DNA of 64,000 nucleotides, from NCBI RefSeq assembly GCF_030028105.1, contig NC_092377.1, forward strand, positions 3,973,079 to 4,037,078. Reading direction: 5' to 3'. This document shows, one piece after another, positions 37,147 through 49,109 of the stretch. The notes under the pieces were generated by a model. That model was not told the origin of the DNA and did no database searches. It worked only from the letters and a program-made list of their open reading frames with translations. Each line of letters begins with the position of its first letter. The stretch's first letter is position 1. The translations under genes and the position numbers were made by a program. Source of the stretch: Mobula birostris (Eukaryota).

Positions 37147-37894
37147 ACCATAGCGGGAATCGGTCTGTGTGGGGGGAGGAACCCCGGATGGATTTCTGCA
37201 CAGACACACTCACCAGAGGTGGAAAAGTTTAAGGCCCAGACATTCTACTCATTTGATGTGTGAGACAAGAATTTCACCAGAGACAACATTTGCGATGTTT
37301 CTATCACGGGAAACCGACCATGGTGGGAGGTTGATATCGAGGGGGTGAAATGTGATCAGAGCCCAGTTGTTGGAACATAGAACAGTACAGCACTGGACTA
37401 GCCATTCGGCCCACAAAGCTGTGCTGATCTTGGTGACAATTTGTACTAAATGTCCTCCTCCTGTGTATCATCCATATCCTTCCATTCCCTTCAATGTCAT
37501 TTTGAACATCAGACACAGAGCAATACTGCACTGGAACAGACCCTTTGGACTTGCTGTGTTGAAATAATTAAAATTCATAATGAAATGTCCAGTGAAACTA
37601 ATCATTTCTGCCCACCCAATGTCCATATCCCTCCACTTCCTGCCAATTCATGTGTCTATCCAAGGACATCTTGAACGTCTCTGTCATATTTGTCTCCACA
37701 ACCACCCCGGCAGTGAATTCCAGACTCTCCCCCCTCTCTGTTTCTGAAACTTGTCCCTCGTACCTCCTTTGAAATTACCCTCTCTCACTTTCAATGCCTG
37801 ACCTCTGGGACGAGACATTTCACCGGTGGGGAAAAGACACTGGTATCTATCTGTGCCCCACATAATATTATATACATTAATATATTTGGGCACC

Positions 37895-38170
37895 ACGGTT
37901 GGGTAGCGGTCAGCGCGATGCTATTTCAGCTCGTGACGTCGGAGTTCAGAGTTCAATCCCAGCATCCTCTCTGAGAATTTTGTACGTCCACCCTGTGGAA
38001 TGTGTGGGTTTTCCCTGGGTGCCTCGGTTTCCTCCCGCAGTCCAAAGACGTATCAGAGAGGTTAATTGGTGATTGGAAATTGCTCTGTGATTGGGTTCGG
38101 GTTAAATCAGGTCTGTTGGTGGTTGCTGCTCTAAAAGGGCCGACTCCCATTGTATCTGTAAATAAACAAA
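37895..38170 (+). mobile_element. tRNA-derived SINE (HE1/V-SINE-like)
   Basis: GAGTTCAATCCC B-box; GGGTTTTCCCTGGGTGCCTCGGTTTCCTCCCGCAGTCCAAAGA core; (AAAC)n tail. Confidence 0.78.
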
Positions 38171-38229
38171 CAAACCTCGAACAGTTCTCCCCTCAGCCTC
38201 CGTCACTCCAGAGGAAACAACCCACGTCT

Positions 38230-40690
38230 GTCCAACATCTTCCTTCAGAACGTGGCCTCTAATCCAGGCAGCATCCTGGTGAAACTCTTCTTCACCCTCT
38301 CCAAAGTCTCCACATCCTTCCTGTAATGGGGCAACCAGAACTCAATGCAACACCCCAAATGTGACCTAACCAGAGTTTTATAGAGCTGCAACATGAAATT
38401 CTGACTCTTGAACACAAACCCTTGCCTAATAAAGGCAAGCATGACATTTGCCAATCTAAAAGGCAAATGGTATGTGACCTATTAAAAAACTATCTAAAAG
38501 TCTCTCAAACTCCACCAAAACGCCTGCTTCCACAGTCACCCCTCCTAAACCCTGTCCACATACCTACTGTGTATTTCACTGTACATAAATAAATACATTG
38601 CCCTTCACATCACATTATGGTTCTGGAAGACCAGGAAATTGCAAATGTAACTTCCCTCTTCAAGCAGGGAGAGAGGCAGAATCAAGACCATAAGACCATA
38701 AGAAAAAGGAGCAGAAGTCAGCCATTCGGCCCATCGAGTCTGCTCCGCCATTTTATCATAAGCTGATCCATTCTCCCATTTAGTGCCACTCCCCCGCCTT
38801 CTCACCATAACCTTTGATGCCCTGGCTACTCAGATACCTGTCAATCTCACCCAATGACTTGGCCTCCACTGCCACCCATGGCAACAAATTCCACAGATTC
38901 ACCACCCTCTGGCTAAAAAAATTTCTTCGCATCTCAATAGACAATAATAGACAATAGACAATAGGTGCAGGTGCAGGGCTGAATGGAGTAGGCCATTTGG
39001 CCCTTCGAGCCAGCACCACCATTCACTGTGATCATGGCTGATCATCCATAATCAGCACCCTTTTCCTGCCTTCTCCCCATATCCCTTCACTCCGTTATCT
39101 TTAAGAGCTCTAACTAACTCTTTCTTGAAAGAATCCAGTGAATTGGCCTCCACTGCCTTCTGAGGCAGAGCATTCCACAGAACCACAGCCCTCTGTGTGA
39201 AAAAGTTTTTCCTCAACTCCGGTCTAAATTGTCTACCCCTTATTCTTAAACTGTAACCTCTGGTTCTGGACTCCCCCAACATCGGGAACATGCTTCCTGC
39301 CTCTAGCGTGTCCAATCCCTTAATAATCTTATATGTTTCAATCAGATCCTCTCTCATCATTCTAAATTCCAGAGTATACAACCCCAGTTGCTCCAATCTT
39401 TCAACATATGACAGTCCCACCATCCCTGGAATTAACCTTGTGAACCTACGCTGCACTCCCTCAATAGCTAGAATGTCCTTCCTCAAATCTGGAGACCAAA
39501 ACTGTACACAATCTCTGTTCTGAATGGGCGCCGTTCAATCCTTAAGTTATGCCCTGTTGTACTAGACTCCCCCCACCATGGGAAATAACTTTGCCACATC
39601 CACTCTGTCCATGCCTTTCAACATTTGAAATGTTTCTATGAGATCCCCCCTCATTCTTCTAAACTCCAAAGAGTACAGTCCAAAGCAGTCAAACGTTCCT
39701 CATATGTTAACTCTCTCATTCCTGGAATCATTCTAGTGAATCTTCTCTGTACCCTCTCCAATGTCAGAACATCCTACCTTATATAAGGAGCCCAAAACTT
39801 CACACAGTACTCCAAGTGAGGTCTCACCAGCGCCTTATAGAGCCTCAACATCATGTCCCTGCTCCTATACTCTATTCCTCTGGAAATGAATGCCAACACT
39901 GCATTCACCTTCTTCACTATTGACTCATCCTGGAGGTTAACCTTAAGGGTATCCTGCACGAGGACTCCCAAGTTCCGTTGCATCTCAGAACTTTGAATTC
40001 TTTCCCCATTTAAATAATAGTCTGCCCGTTTCTTTCTTCTACCAAAGTGCATGACCATACACTTTCCAACATTGTATTCATTTGCCACTTTTTTGCCCAC
40101 TCTCCCAATCTATCCAAGTCTCTCTGCAGACTCTCTGTTTCCTCAGCACTACCGGCCCCTCCACCTACCTTCGTATCGTCAGCAAACTTAGGCACAAAGC
40201 CAAATATTCCATAATCCAAATCATTGATGTACAACGTAAAAAGAAGCGGCCCCAACACTGATCCCTGTGGAAAACCACTGGTAACCGGTAGTCAACCAGA
40301 ATAGGATCCCTTTATTCCCACACTCTGTTTCCCGCCAATCAGCCAACACCCTATCCACGTATGTAACTTTCCAGTAATTCCATGGGCTCTTATCTTGTTT
40401 AGCAGTCTCATGTGCAGCACCTTGTCAAAGGCCTTCTGAAAATTCAAGTAACAACATCCACTGCATCTCCCTTGTCTAGCCTACTTGTAATTTCCTCAAA
40501 AAATTACAATAGGTTTGTCAGGCAGGATTTTCCTTTCAGGAAACCATGCTGAGTTCTGCTTATCTTGTCATATGCCTCCAGGTACTCCGTAACCTCATCC
40601 TTGACAATCGACTCCAACAACTTCCCAACCATCGATGTCAAGCTAACAGGTCCATAATTTCTTTTTTGCTTCCTTGCCCCCTTCTTATAA
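38230..40690 (-). mobile_element. Several CR1 fragments
   Basis: ORFs 38245-38466, 39052-39486, 39774-40100 and 40010-40258 contain CR1 RT motifs. Confidence 0.85.
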
Positions 40691-40712
40691 TCAAAGAAAT
40701 CATAGGGCAGTT

Positions 40713-41660
40713 TGTGACAGGATCCTGAATTAGATAGAGAGAGAGGTATTTAACACCGACATGCTGTTTTGAAAAGAGAGAGAGGAAGAAAGAGAGGGAG
40801 AGAGAGAGAGACAAAGACTAACTTTTGGACTGTCACTTTAAGGCACGGGGAGTAACTTTTGGATTTCTGCTGAGTTGGAGCCGAGTAGCTCGTAAGTTGC
40901 TCTGGTGTCCGAGGGCGGCATTATTTGATGGACAATTGATGTTATGATTTTTCGGTAGCGTGTTTATACTTCTCAAGGACATTTGCCTGCTCGTACATTT
41001 CTTATACAGAGAAGGGAAGGAGAGGGTATTTGAATGACAGCTGGTATCCAGTACGGTGAGATAAATAGGAGGTCAGATGATATAGACCTCAGACACATGT
41101 TTTGGACACTGAATGAGCTTTGTTGTGCCCGCAGAACAAGTGGGTTTTGGGAGGATCAATCAGGCAGATGGATCAGTCGCTCTTGCAGTGAGAAAAGGGA
41201 ATGACTGGTGGGGATTTGTCCATGTGTCCACCCTTGCCTGGGTTGATAACTCCACCACAGAAAACCAGTCCCCTTTGTCACAGTCGGTGACTTTTAAAGG
41301 ATTTCAGAGGACAACGAGAAGATTGACGGGGTCAGCTCACCTGAAGACTCAAATCTCTCCCTCTCTCTCTCTCTCCATCACTACTCAACTCAATACCAGA
41401 AACTGAACTGAACTTTACTCATTATCGTAAAACTGTACCTTTTTACCCCTAGACTTAAAGAAGCTTGGTTTTCATAAATATTTCCACACTTACTGATATA
41501 CTTACTTATATATAATCATTGCTTACCTGTTTGATTTATCTACATTGATATTACTGTATTGGGTAGTTACTAATAAATATTATTAGTTAATAGCAGTACT
41601 GGACTCCAAAATGTTTTCTATTTTTGCTGGTTCTTTATTCCCGTTACGGGGTATGTGACA
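40713..41660 (+). repeat. 5' LTR of a Ty3/Gypsy element (TG...CA)
   Basis: Begins TGTGACAGG and ends TATGTGACA; contains (GA)n and an AT-rich 3' part; followed directly by a PBS-like sequence and gag. Confidence 0.7.
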
Positions 41661-41685
41661 AAATTGTGGCCTGCGTCCGTCATAT
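41661..41685 (+). promoter_or_regulatory. Degenerate primer-binding site (tRNA-Pro-like)
   Basis: AAATTGTGGCCTGCGTCCG resembles TGGGGGCTCGTCCG, the complement of the tRNA-Pro 3' end. Confidence 0.45.
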
Positions 41686-41743
41686 GAACAAGTTGGTTGG
41701 GAGGCTTGTTTGAATTGATTGGGAAAAATCCCTTTTGATTTAG

Positions 41744-44050
41744 TTGTGTGCAAAAACAGCAGAAATGGATGTTAGGGACTTTCCGAGATCCCCAGACCCG
41801 GGGACTTTGAAGATAACTAAAAAGGATGATGTGCGGGACATTGCTAAAGAAATGAGAATTGAGGTAAAGAAGGTTATGAATAAGGTAGAAATCCAGAGAA
41901 AAATAGTTGAATATTATATTTCGACGAAGCAATTTACTGAGGATGTGTTAAAAATGTTCGTGGAAGGTAAACCTACTGAGGATGAGCTTCAGCTTCAGTT
42001 GGAAAAATTAAGAATGGAGCATGAATTGAAATTAAAACAGCTCAAGAGAGAGGCTAGAGAGGCAGAAAGACAGAGGGAAGAGGCAGAAAGACAGAGACGG
42101 TTCAAAAGGGAGATGTGGCAGCTGAGAGGTTTAGTGTCAGACACTGATGATTTTTACAGCTCGGAAGGGCTTGTTTTCTGCGATGAATTTAAACGTTGTG
42201 CTCCTGATGATGTGAGGGCATACCCAGATGCAGAGGATGCCGCCACCCTGTTGGGGTCTGCTAAGAAAGCAGACAAAGAGGTTTTAACCCACAAGCTTGA
42301 GTTTACTCCAGATGAGAGTTACCCAGAGAATAACTGGGAGGTTGGGGTGACCTTGAATTTGAAACTGGGACAAGTGGTGACAGCCCAGAAGGGGCAGCTG
42401 TCCCGATTGCCAGTGTTCAGGTTGTTGAAGAACCTACGAATTCACAGGGGTCTGAACCTTGTGTTTAAGCACAGTTGAAGTCTGAAGTGTCTGACTTGGT
42501 TGAAAAGAAATGCAGGTTTTTTGTGTCAGATGATCTTGGTTCAGTGAATAAGGAGTTAACCTTCGTACCAGTGGAAGGTGAGGATTCTCAGTCACTTGTA
42601 TTAGACAGTGTACTAAAAGTTAGTGATGAGGTGAAAAATTCTGAGGTTTGTGTTAATGAAAATAATGGGAAAAGTGCTGCTCCTGGACTTTTGAATAAAG
42701 TACTTGAAATGGTTGGATTGGTTGCACCATCTTTGACCCTGCTTGCAGGACAAAGGCCTGCTGAGGAAAGATGTGCTACTCTGTTGAATTTTGTTTGGAC
42801 ATTTGGGAGTACACGCCTGCAAGGTTATAATGTTGTGGAGAAGAAGGAGATTTGTTATGGTTTTGGGGTGGAAGTTGTTATGGAAGCAAGTCAAATTGAA
42901 GGTCAGAATCAGATGGAGGGATTGTTTGGTCTCTTCCACAATGTATACATGGTCCTCATAAGCCTGATGATGGTGCTAAGTTTAGTAAACAATGGAGGAA
43001 TGTTGACACCTCTCCAAGATAAGGTTGATCTAGTTGTTCAACTGATGAGCAAAGCTGTGGTTGAGGCCTATGACAGCAAAACCAGGGGTTTAAATTATAA
43101 TGATGTGTCACAGACTTTTCTACCTTCCAGTTTTCCGCAGGACTTAGAGGGTAGTAAAGCTGATCAGAGTAAGGTGTATGAAGAAGGTTTGTCCTTATGG
43201 AGGAAGGAATTTATAGAGGAACAGAAGCGAGATTCTGAAATAGTGGCTTTAAAGGAGATAGCGCTCACAGGAGAGGAAGTTCAGACAGAGTCAGTGAGAT
43301 ATTACCTTAAAAATGGGGTGTTAATGAGGAAGTGGAGACCAGTCACTGTGAGTGCAAGTGAGGATTGGGTTATTGAACATCAAGTGGTGGTTCCAAAAGT
43401 TTACAGGGCTGAGATTTTAAACATGGCTCACAGACTGCCTTTAGGTGGACATCATGGAGTGAGAAAGACGGTGAACAGGATTATGAAGGAATTTTACTAG
43501 TCTAGTTTAAGGAAGGATGTTGTGAATTTTTACAGGACATGCCATACCTGTCTAGTTGAGGGAAAACCTAATCAGGTTATTCAGGTAACTCCGCTTAAAC
43601 CAATACCTGCTTTTGGTGAACCTTTCTCTAGGCTCATAGTGGATTGTGTCGGCCCATTGCCAAAGACTGCAGCTGGTCATCAGTATGGGTTAACAATTGT
43701 GTGTGCTGTGTCTAGGTCCCCTGAAGCCGTGCCTCTCAGAAACATCAAGGTCAAGACTGTGGTGAAGTCATTCAGTAAGTTTTTCACACTGGTAGGTCTG
43801 CACAAAGAAACTCAATTTGACCAGGGTGGTAAGTTTACTTTGAGAACATTCCAGGGGATTGTTAGAGAGTTGGAAGCTAAGCACATGGTGTCATCTGCAT
43901 ATCACACAGAATCCAAGGGAGCCTTGGAATGGTTCAACTCCACTCTAAAGACCATGATTAAAACATATTGTGTGAAAATTGGAGAAACTGGGATGAGGGG
44001 GTTCCCCTACTCCTATTTATTGTTGAAGCCTCCAACCTCATTAAAAATTG
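41744..44050 (+). mobile_element. Ty3/Gypsy internal region (gag-like coiled coil, then integrase), 3'-truncated, no RT seen
   Basis: gag-like ORF 41744-42478; HHCC AHRLPLGGHHG...CHTC; rve LIVDCVGPLP, FDQGGKF, SSAYHTESKG. Confidence 0.85.
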
Positions 44051-44054
44051 TGTC

Positions 44055-44630
44055 TTTTCCCTTGAAATAGCCTTCCACAAATCATACCTGGTTTTCTGGT
44101 ACAGACCTGGGTTGCCAACCTTGAATGCCACAGATCTAGCTTTCAGCAGACAATGTACCTCCTGGTTCCTCCACAGCTATTGGTTTGGGAATGTATAGCA
44201 AGACTTTGTAGGCACACAATGATCCACATAGGTTTTAATGAAGTCGGTAACAACTGCAACATACTCATCCAGGTTCGAAGATGAATCTCTGATACAGTCC
44301 TGTGATTCAAAGCAGTCCTGTAGACGCTCCTGTGCTTCCCTTGTCCGTATCTTCTTGGTCCTCACTGCTGGTGCTGCAGATACAATCTCTGCCTATACTC
44401 AGGGAGTAGAAGTACAGCCAGGTGATCAGACTTCCCGAAGTGAGGGCGTGGAATAGCACGGTAGGCATTATTGATGGTGGTGTAGCAATGGTCCAGTGTG
44501 TTGTTTCCTCTGGTATTGCAAGTGATCTGTTGATGGTAATTGCTCAGTGATTTTTCCAGACTGGCCTGGTTAACATCTCCCAAAACAATGGTGAAGGCGT
44601 TAGGATACGCTGTTTCATGCATGTTGATCC
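44055..44630 (-). mobile_element. Rex/Babar-like LINE endonuclease fragment
   Basis: TIVLGDVNQASL, TRGNNTLDHCYT, HFGKSDHLAVLLLP in ORF 44362-44622. Confidence 0.75.
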
Positions 44631-45464
44631 CATTGCTCAGATCATCTAAAGTCTGATTGACATTGGCCTGAGGTGGGATTTAACCACCACATGTACAAAC
44701 AAAGCTGTTCTTCCCGATGCGGAATCACTTGGCCTACAGTATATATTTTGGAGGCATTAGTAATGATCTTCCAAAAATCATTGGACTCTGGCATGGTGCC
44801 AGGGGACTGGAAAACTGGAAATGTCAATCTACTCATTAAGAAAGAAGGAAGACAGCAGAAAGGAAATTATAGCTCAGTTAGCCTGACCTCAGTGGTTGGG
44901 AAGATGTTGGAATCAATGGCCCACCCCTGAGCTCCCACAGTCTGATGCACAACCTGGACTGACACTGGGTCCTGCACGTTACCCGAAGGGAAGGGAACGT
45001 GTTCAAACAGCACGTCAGCTCAGAATCAGAGTCGGGAATGGAACTGAAACCAGTTGTTACAAGTTGGAACAAGCTGAGACGGAACTTGCCTTTTCTCAGG
45101 AATGGCTCAAGCTCGAGGATAACTTGTCTTCACTCCAGCTTAGTGTTCTGAGGGGAATGATGTGCAGACTCTGCCACAGCTGTGGTAGGAGGTGCTTCGT
45201 GCGGATGTGGATGGGTAGTTTGTGAAGTGGGGTCACTCCTTCTACACAAATACGTGGCGTGTGCTCCTCGTGAACAGACTCACGGCTCTCAGTGCTGTCA
45301 TCAATATTCCTTCTCTACTTTGTGCAGATTGCAATGGGTTGGTGGGTGAAAAGCTTTCTTCACCACCCTGTCTACCTGTGACCCCACATTCAGGGAATAC
45401 ACACCCCCGTTGTTGGAGGTTTAATTAACGTTCTGCCCCAGTTCTCATTTTTCAACAATAACTC

Positions 45465-45595
45465 CACTTTTGATATGACATGTGGGTCTCAGACACTCTG
45501 CAAACTCCAGGAATGCCTGACGTTCGATCAGGTCCTCACTATAGTGACATGTGGGGTTCAGACACTCTGATGACTCCAGAAATGCTTGTCTCCCT
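45465..45595 (+). repeat. Tandem duplication (~68-bp unit)
   Basis: GACATGTGGG(T/G)(C/T)TCAGACACTCTG...ACTCCAG(G/A)AATGC occurs twice. Confidence 0.6.
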
Positions 45596-46769
45596 AACCC
45601 TGGGATCCCTGGCAGCCACTGCGTTCCTGTGTCCTTGTACCAGAACCTGGCTGTAGAATACAGTCCCTTCTCTACAGCCGTGTCCTGGTTTGAGAGAGGC
45701 AAGTGTATTCGAAATCCTGGTCTTTCAGAGAGACAAACGTCACCTCCTGACATTCCCACCTGGCATGGAACTTCAGGCAATGAATCTATGCTGAAATCTT
45801 GCATTGCTTCCTGTCAGACTGCACATTCAGACACAAGCACAGGATCACAAAGAGTTTCAGAAGGATTAAATAATCCTCAGAATTTTATTAACAAAAGAGA
45901 CAAAACAAACAGTAGAACTTACAAAGTCTTGGATAACTCAGCCACAACTTCACTGGGCAAGGATCAGAACAATGAAGCCAATGAGAGGTTAGCATTGCCT
46001 TTTAAATACACACTAGCGCATGACAGAATCTATGCCCAGACTAATAACAAGTTTTTAAGTGACTATCCTGATAAGAGACAAAAGTCCAAGCATACTTAAT
46101 TGGACACCTGCAGAGTCTCGGAAAATTGACTGGAAATATTCAATCACAATTGCAACGTCAATGTTAAGCAGAGAAAACCTAAAATTAACCCATAAAAGCC
46201 TGAAATGCACTTTTTAATATATATTATTTCTGTTCTTTGCATGATTTTTAATCTATTCAATATACGTATACTGTAATTTATTTATTTATTTATTTATAAT
46301 TATTATTTTATTTCGTTTTTCTCTTCTATATTATGTATTGCTTTGAACTGCTGCTGCGAAGTTAACAAATTTCATCTCACATGCCGGTGATAATAAACCT
46401 AATTCTGGTTTGTTTTCAGACACCAAGAATACAATATACCTTGTTCAAAGTTCACAGTGAACTTATTATCAAAGTACAGATACGAGACCATATACAACCC
46501 TGAGATTCATTTACTTGTGGGCATACTCAATAAATCCATAATGGAGTAATAACCATAATAGAATCAATGAAAGACCGCACCAACTTGGGCGTTCAACCAG
46601 TGTACAAAAGACAACAAACTGTAAATGCAAAAAGAAAAAAAGAAATAATAATAATAAATAAGTAAGCAATTAATATCAAGAATGTGAGATGAAAACTCCT
46701 TGAAATTGAGTCCATAGTTTGTGGGATCATTTCAATGATGTGTTGAGTGAAGTTATGCCCTCTGGTTCA

Positions 46770-46920
46770 GGAGCCTGATGGTTGTGGGGTAATAACTGTT
46801 CCTGAACCTGGTGGTGTGGGTCCTGAGGCTCCTGTACCTTCTCCTGATGGTTGTGGGGTAATAAGTGTTCCTGAACCTGGTGGTGTGGGTCCTGAGGCTC
46901 CTGTACCTCCTTCCTGATGG
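46770..46920 (+). repeat. Tandem duplication (~70-bp unit) inside a LINE 3' fragment
   Basis: CCTGATGGTTGTGGGGTAATAA(C/G)TGTTCCTGAACCTGGTGGTGTGGGTCCTGAGGCTCCTGTACCT occurs twice. Confidence 0.75.
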
Positions 46921-48249
46921 TAGTATCGAGAAGAGAGCATGTCTTAGATATGGGAGTCCCTGATGATAGATGCTGCTTTCCTGTGATAATGCTGATAGTC
47001 TTGTTATAAGACCATTAGACTATAAAACACAAGAGCAGAGTTAGGCCATTCAGCCCATTGAGTCTGCTCTGCCATTCTATCATGTCTGATTTATTATCTC
47101 GCTATTATTATCTCTCTCTATCCTATTCTCCTGCCTTCTCCCCGTAACCTTTGACAACCCAATTAATGAAGGACCTATCAAAACTCCGCTTTAATTATAC
47201 TGAATGGCTTGGTCTCCACAGCCATCTGTGGTAATGAATTCTACAGATTCATCACTCTCTAGCTAAAGAAATTCCTCCTCATCTCTGTCCTAAAGGGACG
47301 TCCCTCTATTATAGAGATAGAGTAACATAGATTAAGACTAGTTGGAACAAGATTAGTTACATAATTACAGGGCATAGAACAAGATTATTTTCCCATCCCC
47401 TATCCTGGAAGCCCAGGTACAATGAAACGGCCATTGTCTATGTCACATAGTTGTGTGCTCCTGAAGGGAAGGGACAGACTGTCTGATCAATCCATACTGA
47501 TGTCAGTGTTCAGTCCCTCCAACCCTACTCATCACATTATCCCAGCAGCTGGGTCGTTGGCTCAATTCCCTCTCTCATTGTGTTTTGAAATGATTTCATC
47601 CAAAAGATATAAAAGTCATAGAGACCTACATGAAAGAAATAGGCCCTTCAGCCCATCTAGTCTGTGCCAAGCAATCAATCTGCCTGGTCCCACCAATTTG
47701 CTCCCGGACCACAGCCCTCGACACCCCTCCCCCCATCCAACAGATACAACCAGAGTACCATCGTTGCTGAAATCACAGTGAACCAGTATGTTGGGGGCCT
47801 CTTTGTTGAGCACCTTTGCTCAATTCTCAAAAAGTAGGATTTCCTGGTGGCCAACCATTTTAATTCTAATCCCCATTTCATTCCAACATGTCGGCCCATG
47901 GCTTCCTCTTCTGTTACAATGAGACCACTCTCAGGTCAGATATGAACTCTTCATACGTCGTCTGGGTGGCCTCCACCCTGATGGCATGAATATTGATATT
48001 TCCCCAACGTTGGTGTTTCCCCTCTCCCCCTTCCCTCTTCTTCAATTCCTCATGCTGACCCACCCCAGCACTGCCTTATTTCTTCTCTTCTCCTCATCTG
48101 TCCATCACCCTCTCCTGGTGCCCTTCCTCCTTCCCTTTCTCCCTTTCTCCATGGTCCATCTCCTGTCGTATTAGGTTCCTTCTCCAGCCTTTTGCCTTTT
48201 CCACCTATAAACTCCCGTCTTCCTACTCCACTGCCCCCTCTCCACTAAC

Positions 48250-48850
48250 CTATCACCTTTCAGATTGTCCTCTTTCCCGTCCCCCCACCTTCCACCTTGA
48301 GATAAGGCCAATCAACGTAGTATCACCTGCAAATTTACTGAGCAGATTAGAGCTGTGGGTGGCGGCACAGTCATGGGTATACAGACAGTAAAGGAGGGGA
48401 CTTAGGACATAGCCCTGAGGGGCTCCTATGTTGAGAGTCAGAGGGGCAGAGTTTAGGGACCCCACTCTCACCACCTCCCGCTAATCTGACAAAAACTCCA
48501 GGAACCAGCTGCACAAGGTAGGGTGAAGGCCAAGGTCTCTGAGTTTCCTGCTGAGACGGAAGGGAATTATGGTGTTGAATGCCGAACTGCAGTCCAAGAC
48601 CAGCATTCTCACATAAGCATCCTTCTTCTCCAGATGTGAAAGAATGATGTGTAGAGCTGTGGCTATTGCATTGTCTGTCGATCGGTTGTGTCAGTAGGCA
48701 AATTGTAGGGGGTCCAGTATGGGTGGTAGCATGCTGCAGATGTAGTCCTTGACCAGCCTTTCAAGGTGAGGGTGACAGGACGCCCATTGTTCAAACATGT
48801 TACCTTGGTCTTTTCAGGTACAGGAACAATGGTGGATGTTTTGAGCCTGA
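48250..48850 (-). mobile_element. Rex/Babar-like LINE RT fragment
   Basis: NIGAPQGYVLSPLLYCLYTHDC...KFAGDTTLIGLI (48253-48474). Confidence 0.8.
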
Positions 48851-49109
48851 GGATAACCTACACCGGGAGTGATGGGCCGAAGGGCCTGTTTCTTGATTCT
48901 ATGACACACAATTCCTAACAGCAACAACTGCATTTTTACTGAGCTGTGGGCAGAGAGGGATACAGGGAACAGCAGAGAATTGAGGACACAGCCCAGTCTG
49001 TCCATCACCCAAACCAACCTTAGACACAAGAGATTCTGCTGATGCTGGAAATCTAGAGTAAAACACACAAAATGCTGATGGAACTCAGCAAAACAACATT
49101 GGCTTTGTA

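Noticed and set aside
48981-49014. Minus-strand J-like remnant (TTTGGGTGATGGACAGACTG..GTCCTC)
   Set aside because: It needs frameshifts to read FGDGTRL and has no heptamer/nonamer upstream and no splice donor.
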